Shown here piece by piece: positions 8,819 through 17,625 of a DNA stretch of 46,624 nt. A program made the position numbers and the translations under genes. The stretch spans positions 1 through 46,624 of the forward strand of contig JACQTM010000354.1 in NCBI GenBank assembly GCA_016210825.1. The letters run 5' to 3'. The DNA is from Hyphomicrobiales bacterium (GTDB lineage: Bacteria > Pseudomonadota > Alphaproteobacteria > Rhizobiales > Xanthobacteraceae). Each line of letters begins with the position of its first letter. The first letter of the stretch is position 1. The notes under the pieces were generated by a model, which made no database searches, was not told the origin of the DNA, and saw only the letters and a list, made by a program, of their open reading frames with translations.

Positions 8819-10159
8819 TCAGGGCGTACGCTTGCGCATATCTTTCACGCGCACGGCCTTGCCCTGTGAGCGCGGGATTTCACCCGGCATCTTGATGTCG
8901 ACGTCACAGGTCACCCCAACCAGCGATTTGATGTGGTGGCGAACCTCGCTTGCCTTGTTCTTGTGATCAGCTTCGCTGCCGGTGAATTCAGGCATTGCTT
9001 CCACTTCCACGGTCATGTGATCGAGCGCACCTTCACGCGTAAGCATGATCTGATAATGCGGGGAAAGGCCGGGGAAGCCGACGAGAACGGCTTCCACTTG
9101 CGACGGATAGACGTTGACGCCGCGGATGATCAGCATGTCGTCGTTACGGCCGGTGACGCGCATGATGCGCATATGTGTTCGCCCGCAGGCGCAAGGTTCG
9201 TCGCTGAGCGTGGTGATGTCCCGAGTGCGGTAGCGGATCATCGGTAACGCTTCCTTGCTCAGCGTTGTGATCACGAGCTCTCCCGCTTCGCCCATTGGCT
9301 TTGGCTCGAATGTTTCCGGATCAACGATCTCGAACAGGAAATGATCCTCCCAGCCATGCAAACCATGCTGTGCCACATGGCATTCGCTGGCGACGCCGGG
9401 ACCGAGGATTTCGGAAAGGCCGTAGATATCCACCGCTTTGATGCCCATCCGCTGTTGGATGTCGGTGCGCATCGCTTCGCTCCATGGTTCGGCGCCGAAG
9501 ATGCCAGTGCGCAACGGCAGGCCGCGAACATCGACCCCCATTCCTGCGGCCACTTCCGCGATATTGAGCGCATAGGAGGGTGTTGCGCACAGGACTTGCG
9601 CGCCGAAATCCTGCAGCAACGCAACTTGCCGCTCGGTGCCGCCGCCTGAAATCGGCACCACGGTGCAGCCCAGGCGCTCGGCGCCGTAATGCGCGCCGAG
9701 GCCGCCGGTGAACAGCCCGTAACCATATGCGTTGTGAACGATGTCGCCGGGCCGGGCGCCCGTGCAGGCCATGGAGCGCGCCATCAAATCGGCCCAGGTG
9801 CCGAGATCGCCCTTGGTGTAGCCGACCACGGTCGGCTTGCCGGTCGTGCCCGACGATGCATGCAGGCGCAGGATCTGCTCTCGCGGCACCGCGAACAAGC
9901 CGAAGGGATAATTTTCGCGCAGGTTCGATTTCACCGTGAACGGGAAGCGGGCGATGTCGGAAAGAGTTTTGAGATCGTCCGGCTTGACGTTCGCTGCGTC
10001 GAACTTCCGCTTTACCGCCGGAACCTTGGCATAGGTGCGCTCCAGCGTTTTCTTCAGCCGGTCGAATTGCAATGCGGCGAGCTTGACCCGCGGCATCGTC
10101 TCGATCTCGTGTTGGAACATGAAGACATCGTTATTGAGGGCCGCGCGTTGTGTGTTCAT
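8819..10159 (-). CDS. paaK: Phenylacetate-CoA ligase family (PaaK type)
   Basis: 446 aa with the PaaK-family layout: SSGTTGKPTVVGYT (AMP motif), YGLSEILGPGV, RYRTRDI, DDMLIIRGVNVYPSQVE. GGGAGGAAAG lies upstream of the ATG at 10159. It is the last gene of the pad-like string. Confidence 0.85.
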   Translation of the reverse strand: MNTQRAALNNDVFMFQHEIETMPRVKLAALQFDRLKKTLERTYAKVPAVKRKFDAANVKPDDLKTLSDIARFPFTVKSNLRENYPFGLFAVPREQILRLHASSGTTGKPTVVGYTKGDLGTWADLMARSMACTGARPGDIVHNAYGYGLFTGGLGAHYGAERLGCTVVPISGGGTERQVALLQDFGAQVLCATPSYALNIAEVAAGMGVDVRGLPLRTGIFGAEPWSEAMRTDIQQRMGIKAVDIYGLSEILGPGVASECHVAQHGLHGWEDHFLFEIVDPETFEPKPMGEAGELVITTLSKEALPMIRYRTRDITTLSDEPCACGRTHMRIMRVTGRNDDMLIIRGVNVYPSQVEAVLVGFPGLSPHYQIMLTREGALDHMTVEVEAMPEFTGSEADHKNKASEVRHHIKSLVGVTCDVDIKMPGEIPRSQGKAVRVKDMRKRTP

Positions 10160-10239
10160 GCTCTTTCCTCCCGGTCAAAGGCCGTTGGCGCCATCGGCAA
10201 TCCGTTGCTTGTCCTGAAATCAACCTCGCGCATGCGCCG

Positions 10240-11850
10240 TTATCCTGCTTGCGACACCGTCCAGCCCGGTTTGACGGGTGGACCCGCGACACCTGCGCCG
10301 CGCCGCGGCGTGTGCGCCAGTGCAAAGCCCTGATTGTAGCCCGCGCGCGTGATGAGGATGAATTTCATCGCCCAACCGCCGGCAAAGGCCGACAATCCGG
10401 CAACGATAAAGAGTGGCGAACTGGCTGGCGGGAAGTAAAACGCGGCAATCGCCGCCAGCGCGGGGATCAGGAGCCCGAACGCGAAGAACCACGGGCGCAG
10501 ATAAATCAACGTCTCAATGGTGCGCGTCGGCGCTCCAGTCGTTATCAGCGCATTGAGGTAGGCTCGCCAAATTCCCGTTCTGGCGACGACCAGGATTAGA
10601 AGAGCGACCGCCGTGCCATGCGCCAATGGAGCGAGCGGCGCAAGACCCTGAGTCGCTGCGAGGAAAAGACCCGCGCCTTCCGCAAGCCCGGTTATGACGA
10701 TGAGGGGAACGATGAGCGGTGCGCGCCACGCCGGGATTCCCTTGGCTTCCTTCAGGATCATTGCCTGCGAGAACAGGAAGGGCAGGCTCAGCAGCATCGC
10801 GACAGCGAGTAGCACATTCGATTGGAACCACAACGCAATCAGTGCGGCTGGAAAGAATACGCCTACGATCCACGCCTCACGCGACATCCAGGAGCGTTGT
10901 GGTTGCCGCAAGACATAGATGAAGCGCAGCGGCCGGCCGATCTTGAACAACAACAGCAGCAGTCCAATCGCGATGATGCCGAGCGCCGCCAATGCAAGCA
11001 TGGCGGTCGGATAGCCGTCCAGCGCCGCGGCCGCGGCGCTGATGTAGAGGCCGCTGCCGGCCCCACCGCAGAGAAAATTCCCCGCCGCCTTCCAGTCCCA
11101 GTGTTGCTGATGCCAGGGTTCGACGCCGCGGGTGCGAACGCGCCCGGCGACGGGATCGGCTGCCGCTGCCGTGTCCGCCCCGCGCCCGGAATGCGCCGCA
11201 TGATCGGCCGCGTCATAGAGATAATAGAAGCCCGGCTCGGTCGCTACCTCCTCATGCATGCGGAAATTCTTATATTCCCGCAGCAACCGCGAGACGTTGC
11301 TGCCCGGGTCGTCGATATCCCCGAAATGCAGGGCGGTTGCGATGCAGGCGTTGACGCAAGCCGGCGTCGCGCGCGGGTCGATACCCGGCGTCACGCCGTT
11401 TTCGAGCCCGAAATCGATGCGGTCGGAGCAGAACGTGCATTTCTGCGCGACGCTGAGGCGGCGGGGGTCTTCGCGCTCGATCTCGTTCTGCATCGCGCTG
11501 TCGCCGTAGGCGAAATGTGGTGCATCGATTTTAAAGCGCGCCTGATAAGGGCAGGCCACGTCGCAATAGGCGCAACCGATGCAAATGTCGTAATCGATTG
11601 TGACGATGCCGTCATCGCGCTGGCGCGTCGCCGTGGTCGGACAGACATGCATGCACGGCGGATCGGCGCAATGCTGGCAGCCGACGGGAACGAAGGTGCG
11701 TTTCACCTGCGGAAAAGAACCGGCCTCGATGTCGAGAACCTTGCGCCACTGCACCGCGGGCGAGGTCGCGTTGGCGTGGCGGCAAGCGGCGGTGCAGGTC
11801 TGGCACCCGACGCAGCGTTCCAGATCGGCGACCATCGCCCAGCGGGTCAT
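10240..11850 (-). CDS. Fused four-cluster [4Fe-4S] ferredoxin subunit (DmsB/PsrB/PadC-like) and NrfD/DmsC/PadD-like polytopic membrane anchor
   Basis: 536 aa from ATG 11850; the track ORF runs to 11988. ATGA overlap with the large-subunit stop at 11847-11850. Four Cys groups are present: CVGCQTCTAAC, CQHCADPPCMHVCP, CIGCAYCDVACP, CTFC...CVNAC. An Ala/Gly/Asp-rich linker follows at about 11116-11214, then about 8 TM helices. Confidence 0.65.
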   Translation of the reverse strand: MTRWAMVADLERCVGCQTCTAACRHANATSPAVQWRKVLDIEAGSFPQVKRTFVPVGCQHCADPPCMHVCPTTATRQRDDGIVTIDYDICIGCAYCDVACPYQARFKIDAPHFAYGDSAMQNEIEREDPRRLSVAQKCTFCSDRIDFGLENGVTPGIDPRATPACVNACIATALHFGDIDDPGSNVSRLLREYKNFRMHEEVATEPGFYYLYDAADHAAHSGRGADTAAAADPVAGRVRTRGVEPWHQQHWDWKAAGNFLCGGAGSGLYISAAAAALDGYPTAMLALAALGIIAIGLLLLLFKIGRPLRFIYVLRQPQRSWMSREAWIVGVFFPAALIALWFQSNVLLAVAMLLSLPFLFSQAMILKEAKGIPAWRAPLIVPLIVITGLAEGAGLFLAATQGLAPLAPLAHGTAVALLILVVARTGIWRAYLNALITTGAPTRTIETLIYLRPWFFAFGLLIPALAAIAAFYFPPASSPLFIVAGLSAFAGGWAMKFILITRAGYNQGFALAHTPRRGAGVAGPPVKPGWTVSQAG

Positions 11851-14585
11851 GCCGCTACCTCCCGCCGCGCGATGCGAACCTTGACGAGATCGGCGCTCGA
11901 ACCGGTCGCGTCGGTAAGATCGAGCAGCATGGGCATGAGCGCGTTCATGCTGGGCGTATGAAAATCCTTTGCGAAGGGCGTGGCCCAATGGTCGAATTGA
12001 CCGATCATCAGCAGCGTGTCGGGACGTATGCCCTCGGACAATAAGACCTTGCCGCGCGTGCTGTTCAGGGGCGAGGCGACCTCAACAATATCGCCATCGC
12101 CGATGCCGAGTTTGGCCGCGGCGCTCTCGTTCATCACCACGCTGCCGTGTCCGATGACGTTATCGGCGACTTCCTTGATAAGCTGGATGCCGACATTACC
12201 GCCCCACGAATATTGCATGCTGCGCGCGGTGATCAGCCAGAACGGATAATCCGCGATGTTGACCTTGAAATGCTCGGCGAGCGCGCGTTCCCAGAGTTCG
12301 CCAAGGTCCCGCCAATGCGGCAGCGGTTCGTATTCCGAAAGCTGTTTGTCCCACCAATGGATGTCGTGTTCGTGCAGCCGCTGTTCGAGCTCCTTGCCGA
12401 TCCGGAATAACCGCTCCTGATACGGCTGCTCGAAACGAAGTCCGCTTTCGACCAGCTTGGGATAGAGATACCACTGCAATCGTGAGAATGGCTTCACGCG
12501 AAAGCCATGCTCGCGGAACCAGTCAAGTCCCTGGCTTTCCGCGCCGTCGGTAATCTCCGCACTCGCGGCGCGACAGGTCGCATCCCAGATCGCTTCGACG
12601 TCGTGGACTTTGGCCGGATCGAGAGAGAAATCGTAATTCTGACCGTTCAGCCGTACGCCATGCGCGCCACGGTTGATGGCGCCGTTATAGGCCTCCAGCA
12701 GTCCCGTCCGCCGCGCAAGATCGGTGGTGATGAATGTGAAATCCTTGGCCTCGCCCTGGGGCGGTACTGCCTGGTCGCGCAGCGCAAAGCCCTGGTAGTC
12801 CCAGAATTGCTCGACATACTTTGTGCCGCCGATGCGCAGAAGCTGCAATCCTTCAAGGTCAGTGCAGTCTGGCAGCAGAACATCGGCCATGTGATTGGTT
12901 TCGTCGCGGGTGAAGGCGAAGCACACCGTGAATGGAAACTTAGCCATTGCCTCGCCGACAGCCCTGGTGTCCCAGAACGAAATCGCCGGGTTGGTGCGAT
13001 AGACAAACCACACGTCCGGCGGATCGGCGTGGGGGATATGCTCGAAGTCCTCGTTCTGCATCATCCAGGCGAGATGTGTCGGCCCCAGCGCCTGGCTCCA
13101 GGCGGAATTTGCGACCAGCGGCACCAGCGTGCGGTGAATGCTCCGCGCCGGCGGCTGCGCGATCCATTGATCGCGACTGGTCGGATTCATCGGATAGTCC
13201 ATGAAGCCGTCCGGCCCGGGCTTGACGCTCGACCAGCGATTGTCCGCCGGCCGGTTGAGCCGAACCGTGGTGCCGAGCGTGCCGCCCGGGACTTCCAGCG
13301 CGCCGACGAGACAGGGAAGCAGCGTGCGCGCCCAGCAACATTCGTAGCCGCCCCAGCCGTTGTTCACGGTCTTGCCGAGCGCGATCGCGACCGGGCGGAA
13401 GGGAAGCGTGACGCCTTCGATATCGATCGTTTCACCGACGCGGGCGTGATCGAGATACTCGTTGGCAATTCGACGGATTGTCGGCGCGGAAACGTCACAA
13501 ATCTGCGCCGCCCATTCCGGCGTGTACTCCTTCACATGCGCCACGAGATGCGCGAAGGCGGGCATCGCCGTCACATCACGATGGATGGTCTCTTCGTTGT
13601 CGGGACCTGCCTCGATGCCGTCGACAGCGAAGTCTCCCTCGATTGCCGGGTCAATGCCGCTTGTATCGAACGGCACGGGGTGCCGCGCTTTGGTATTAAA
13701 AACCAGGGGCTTTCGCGTCGCCGGGTCGCGCAGGAAATAACCATGCGGACCGATGAGATAAGTTGCTGAAGTGCGCTCTTTGAGGAACGCAAGATCGAGC
13801 CGCGTGCGCGGCTGCTCATGCAACAGCACATGGATCATCGCAAACAGGAAAGCCGCATCGGTTTTCGGCTTGATCGGGATCCATTCCGCGGAACATGCGC
13901 CCGTAATGGACAAATGCGGCTCGATCTGCACGCGCTTCATGCCGCGTGCGCGCGCATCGGCATGGCGTTTCACCCCGCAGACGCCGCCGGAGGCTTCGAC
14001 ATTGGCGCCGAACGAAACGAGATATTCGCAGAGCGGCGTGTCGGGAGAGACGGTGAACGCGCGGTGCCATAATTCGCCGTAGAGATGCTCTGAGTGGTAG
14101 CACTTCACGCCCTGGCCCGAACCGAAGCTCATGTCCACCGGGCCCCAGGCGGCGAGGAAGGCCGGCAGCGTGCCCATATAGGCGGTCGGCGTACCACCGC
14201 CGCCAAAACTCGCGGCGACGCGCGGATAACCTTGCGCGTTGAGCAGACCGGCAGCGCGCGCGCCATTGAGTTTCTCGGCGACGAGCGCGAGCGCCTCGTC
14301 CCAGGAAATTTCAACAAAACCGGGATCCTGATCGCGGCCCTTTTTCGGATTGGTCCGCTTCATCGGATGCAGGATACGATTTGGGCTATAGGCCTTCTGG
14401 ATCAAGCCATAGGCCTTAACGCAGACACGGCCGCCGGCTGGATGAATCTGTGCGGCATCGAAGTTCGGATTTATCTCGGTCGCCGCGCCGTCCTGGATGC
14501 GGACCTTCAGCAGATCGGGCCCGGCCACGCATTGATAGCAATATGTCGAAATCGTACGGTCGCTATTGCTCTTGCGTGCGCTCAT
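11847..14585 (-). CDS. Molybdopterin (DMSO-reductase family) oxidoreductase large subunit without Tat signal; PadB-like (phenylacetyl-CoA:acceptor oxidoreductase candidate)
   Basis: 912 aa with a bis-MGD family layout. There is no twin-arginine leader (MSARKSNSDRTISTYCYQCVAGPD...). The N-terminal Cys motif is incomplete (C16-x2-C19, Pro at the third position, C55). It is flanked by a paaK homologue and a CoA thioesterase. Confidence 0.6.
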   Translation of the reverse strand: MSARKSNSDRTISTYCYQCVAGPDLLKVRIQDGAATEINPNFDAAQIHPAGGRVCVKAYGLIQKAYSPNRILHPMKRTNPKKGRDQDPGFVEISWDEALALVAEKLNGARAAGLLNAQGYPRVAASFGGGGTPTAYMGTLPAFLAAWGPVDMSFGSGQGVKCYHSEHLYGELWHRAFTVSPDTPLCEYLVSFGANVEASGGVCGVKRHADARARGMKRVQIEPHLSITGACSAEWIPIKPKTDAAFLFAMIHVLLHEQPRTRLDLAFLKERTSATYLIGPHGYFLRDPATRKPLVFNTKARHPVPFDTSGIDPAIEGDFAVDGIEAGPDNEETIHRDVTAMPAFAHLVAHVKEYTPEWAAQICDVSAPTIRRIANEYLDHARVGETIDIEGVTLPFRPVAIALGKTVNNGWGGYECCWARTLLPCLVGALEVPGGTLGTTVRLNRPADNRWSSVKPGPDGFMDYPMNPTSRDQWIAQPPARSIHRTLVPLVANSAWSQALGPTHLAWMMQNEDFEHIPHADPPDVWFVYRTNPAISFWDTRAVGEAMAKFPFTVCFAFTRDETNHMADVLLPDCTDLEGLQLLRIGGTKYVEQFWDYQGFALRDQAVPPQGEAKDFTFITTDLARRTGLLEAYNGAINRGAHGVRLNGQNYDFSLDPAKVHDVEAIWDATCRAASAEITDGAESQGLDWFREHGFRVKPFSRLQWYLYPKLVESGLRFEQPYQERLFRIGKELEQRLHEHDIHWWDKQLSEYEPLPHWRDLGELWERALAEHFKVNIADYPFWLITARSMQYSWGGNVGIQLIKEVADNVIGHGSVVMNESAAAKLGIGDGDIVEVASPLNSTRGKVLLSEGIRPDTLLMIGQFDHWATPFAKDFHTPSMNALMPMLLDLTDATGSSADLVKVRIARREVAA

Positions 14586-14597
14586 GATGGTTGATCC

Positions 14598-15014
14598 TCA
14601 GGCCGGCTTGGTCGCCACGCGCTTGGCGGCCTTCGCCTTTAATCGCTCGATTGTCTTTGCGACGTCGACGACAAAACGTGAATGACTTCCAGCGCCGATC
14701 TGTTCCAGTTCGTCCTTCGCGGTGACGTTGAAAGATACCTTGCGTCCTTCGACTGCGGCGACGGTGACAGTAATTTCCACCGCCATGCCGAGTAGCGTCG
14801 GCGCGAGGTGTTTAATGGCAATTTCCATCCCCACGGAATCTTCACCGGTGTCGCCGTGTGCGAGGATGAGGTCGCGACAGGTATGTTCGATATCGCGGAC
14901 GAGATAAGGTGTGCCGTAGACGCGTCCCTCTTCGCCCATGAAACTGATTGTGCGTTCGCGGTCGATGGTAAACCGGCTCGTGTGTGAAATTCCCGTACGC
15001 AAACTCGCCTTCAT
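14598..15014 (-). CDS. Hotdog-fold acyl-CoA thioesterase, FlK (fluoroacetyl-CoA thioesterase)-like family
   Basis: 138 aa. The pattern GTPYLVRDIEHTC...GMAVEITVTVAAVEGRKVSFNVTAKDELEQIGAGSHSRFVV parallels the FlK-type hotdog core. It lies 12 nt upstream of the Mo-enzyme gene. Confidence 0.7.
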   Translation of the reverse strand: MKASLRTGISHTSRFTIDRERTISFMGEEGRVYGTPYLVRDIEHTCRDLILAHGDTGEDSVGMEIAIKHLAPTLLGMAVEITVTVAAVEGRKVSFNVTAKDELEQIGAGSHSRFVVDVAKTIERLKAKAAKRVATKPA

Positions 15015-15112
15015 GTCGCGTTTCCCCTTGCTATTCCAGACCGTTGGCTGCCGCCGGCCATGATTTTTCGCCCTTCTCCAAGAATACCTAGGGCCTTCAT
15101 ATTCTTGCCGCT

Positions 15113-15126
15113 TTGACTGACATCAA
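15113..15126. promoter_or_regulatory. FNR/FixK-like box TTGACtgacATCAA (9/10) upstream of the thioesterase-padB-like string
   Basis: Read directly. The centre is 105 bp upstream of the thioesterase ATG (15014), in the 155-bp gap after livF. Confidence 0.45.
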
Positions 15127-15169
15127 GCGGAGGCATGACGTGGGCATTAATGTCACAGTGCTTCTCCTT

Positions 15170-15871
15170 TCACACGCCGAGATAGGCGGCTTGTACGCGG
15201 CTGTCGGAGAGAAGTTCTTGCGCCGTACCCGTGGCGGTGATTTGTCCGGTCTCGATTACATAACCGCGGTCCGCGATTGCGAGCGCTGCGCGCGCATTTT
15301 GTTCGACCAATAATATCGTGAGGCCACGCCGCTTGAGCTCGCGAACCACGAGGAGAATCTGATCGACTAGGATTGGCGCCAATCCCATCGAGGGTTCATC
15401 GAGCAGCAGGAGGCGCGGTTTCGCCATCAGGGCGCGGGCGATGGCGAGCATCTGCTGCTGGCCGCCGGACAGCATGCCAGCCGGCGTCCGGCGCATCTCC
15501 GACAGCATGGGGAAATGCTCGTAGACATAGGAAAGCTCGGCCGCGACGTCCGTATTTCGGCGCGACCACGCCCCAAGCGCGAGGTTATCCTCGACCGTGA
15601 GCGGGGCGAACAATTGCCGGCCCTCGGGCACCTGCGCGATGCCGCGCGCGACCCGCGAATGGGCGGCGCTGCGCTCGATGCGCGCGTCCTCGAAGCGAAT
15701 TTCCCCAGCCGTGATCGGCTGCACCCCGGAAATCGCCCGCAGCAGCGTGGTCTTGCCGGCGCCGTTGCCTCCCACGAGGGTCACGATTTCACTGGCCTCA
15801 ACCTCGATCGAAACGCCATGCAGCGCTTCGATCCGCCCGTAACCGCTGCGCAGGTCCTTAACCGACAGCAC
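15170..15871 (-). CDS. livF: Branched-chain-type (HAAT family) ABC transporter ATP-binding protein, LivF-like
   Basis: Walker A GGNGAGKTT, signature LSGGQQQ, Walker B LLLLDEPS. The likely start is GTG 15871, preceded by a perfect AGGAGG 6 nt upstream; the track's ATG at 15892 lacks an SD. It overlaps the livG 3' end. Confidence 0.85.
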   Translation of the reverse strand: MLSVKDLRSGYGRIEALHGVSIEVEASEIVTLVGGNGAGKTTLLRAISGVQPITAGEIRFEDARIERSAAHSRVARGIAQVPEGRQLFAPLTVEDNLALGAWSRRNTDVAAELSYVYEHFPMLSEMRRTPAGMLSGGQQQMLAIARALMAKPRLLLLDEPSMGLAPILVDQILLVVRELKRRGLTILLVEQNARAALAIADRGYVIETGQITATGTAQELLSDSRVQAAYLGV

Positions 15872-16646
15872 GCGCGGCCTCCTGCGAACCATGAACGCCG
15901 AGATAGGCTTCGATCACCGCCGGATCGGCACGCACTTGCGCGGCCGTTCCTTCGGCGAGGGTACGTCCGTTTGCCAGTACATGGATGCGATCGGATATCC
16001 GCATCACCAGCCGCATATCGTGTTCGACGAGAACGACTGTGATACCGTCATCGGCGATGCCGCGAACGATGCCGGCAAGCTCCCCAGTCTCCACCGCGTT
16101 GCAGCCGGCCGCAGGCTCATCGAGCAGCAACACCTTCGGCTCAGTTGCAAGCGCGCGCGCGATTTCAAGGCGCTTGAGGTCGCCGAAGGACAGATTTCCG
16201 GCGGGCTTGTCCGCCGCAGCAGAAAGATCGACGCGATCGAGCGCGCCCGCTGCCGCCGCCCGCGTGCGCGCATTCTGCCGCCCGACCGCAGGCAGATGGA
16301 GCAGGCTTGGAAAAATTCCGACCGTTTCGTGGCGGTGGCAGCCGACCATGACATTTTCCAGCGCGGTCATGCGGAAGAAGATTTGCAGGTTCTGGAAGGT
16401 GCGCGACAATCCGCGTCGCGCCAGTTGTTCCGGGGGCAGCCCGGTCACATCCTCACCCCGCATGCGGACGCGGCCGTCCTGCGGCACATAGAGGCCGGAG
16501 ATCAGGTTGAACAATGTCGTCTTGCCGGCGCCGTTCGGCCCAATGATGGAAAAGACAAGACCTTCGTCGATCGACACGCTCACATTGTCGACGGCGCGCA
16601 CGCCGCCGAAAGCGATGGAGAGACGCTCGATGGCAAGGATGGTCAT
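15858..16646 (-). CDS. livG: HAAT-family ABC transporter ATP-binding protein, LivG-like
   Basis: 262 aa. GPNGAGKTT, FGDLKRLEIARAL, LLLDEPAAG. ATGA overlap with the livM stop at 16643-16646. Confidence 0.85.
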   Translation of the reverse strand: MTILAIERLSIAFGGVRAVDNVSVSIDEGLVFSIIGPNGAGKTTLFNLISGLYVPQDGRVRMRGEDVTGLPPEQLARRGLSRTFQNLQIFFRMTALENVMVGCHRHETVGIFPSLLHLPAVGRQNARTRAAAAGALDRVDLSAAADKPAGNLSFGDLKRLEIARALATEPKVLLLDEPAAGCNAVETGELAGIVRGIADDGITVVLVEHDMRLVMRISDRIHVLANGRTLAEGTAAQVRADPAVIEAYLGVHGSQEAARAVG

Positions 16647-17623
16647 GCGCGCCGCCTCGATAACGCCGCCGCAATGCTGGGTACGATGCCGGCCCTCAGA
16701 AAGATCATGACGCCCATCACCACGAGCCCAAGCACCATTTGCTCATAGTCGTGGAGAAAGGTGAGAACCTGCGGCAGCATGACCAGCAGAGCCGCGCCGA
16801 CCAGCGATCCGGCGATCGAGCCGATGCCGCCGAGCACGACCATCGCGACAAGCTCGATGGAGCGCAGGAAACCCGAGACGTCCGGCGTGATGTGGCCGTT
16901 GAAAGCCGCGAGATACGAGCCGGCGACGGAGGCATAGACCGCGGAGATGATGAAAATGACAAGTTTTTGTTTCGCCACATCGACGCCGAGAACGCGCGCA
17001 GCGACTTCGCTGTCATGGATGGCGCGCAGCGCACGACCGGTCGGGCTGTCGATGAGATTGGCTGCGAGCGCCGCACCGAAGACGAAACTGATCGCCGCGA
17101 TCCAGTACCAGGTTTCGGTTCCGCGCACCGACCAGCCGAACAATACGGGGCGGGGAACTAGCATGCCGTCGGGGCCGCCGGTCAGTCGCGCTTCGTTGAC
17201 GAAGACGATGGCGAGCAGCAATCCGAAGCCGAGTGTGGCGACAGCGAGATAGTGGCCTTTGAGCCGAAGAATGGGCCTTCCAACAATAAATGCCACGAAC
17301 GCGGAAAGCGCAGCGCCGATGAGAAAAGACAACCACGATGGAATGTTGAAATGGGTCGGACCGATGGCGACGGCATACGCGCCAATACCCATGAAGCCGG
17401 CATGACCGAGGCTGACCTGGCCCGCGAATCCCATCAACAGGTTGAGCCCGATCGCGGCAATGGCGAAAACAAACACCAGCGCGGCGACCCGGTAATAATA
17501 AGTGGAGGGAAAGAATGCCGGTATAACGATCGCAATAACTGCGATGACAGCGATCGCGCTCAACCGTTGCACGAACGGCCGGCGTAGAACTGCCGGGATC
17601 CGGTCGGCGGTATGCCTGAGCAT
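16643..17623 (-). CDS. livM: HAAT-family ABC transporter permease, LivM-like
   Basis: 326 aa from ATG 17623 (MLRHTADRIP...), 2 nt after the livH stop. The track ORF 16643..18037 is a false 138-aa extension running through livH. Polytopic, with LGHAGFMGIGAY. Confidence 0.85.
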   Translation of the reverse strand: MLRHTADRIPAVLRRPFVQRLSAIAVIAVIAIVIPAFFPSTYYYRVAALVFVFAIAAIGLNLLMGFAGQVSLGHAGFMGIGAYAVAIGPTHFNIPSWLSFLIGAALSAFVAFIVGRPILRLKGHYLAVATLGFGLLLAIVFVNEARLTGGPDGMLVPRPVLFGWSVRGTETWYWIAAISFVFGAALAANLIDSPTGRALRAIHDSEVAARVLGVDVAKQKLVIFIISAVYASVAGSYLAAFNGHITPDVSGFLRSIELVAMVVLGGIGSIAGSLVGAALLVMLPQVLTFLHDYEQMVLGLVVMGVMIFLRAGIVPSIAAALSRRRA

Positions 17624-17625
17624 GG

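Noticed and set aside
10822-13769. Long plus-strand ORFs 10822..11961 (379 aa) and 12507..13769 (420 aa). Similar cases are 5854..6747(-), 15891..16748(+), 39601..40437(-), 37599..38303(-) and 23373..23948(-).
   Set aside because: All lie antisense to genes with clear family signatures. Their translations are Arg/Ala/Gly/Pro-rich, low-complexity and motif-free. They reflect GC3 bias and are not coding.
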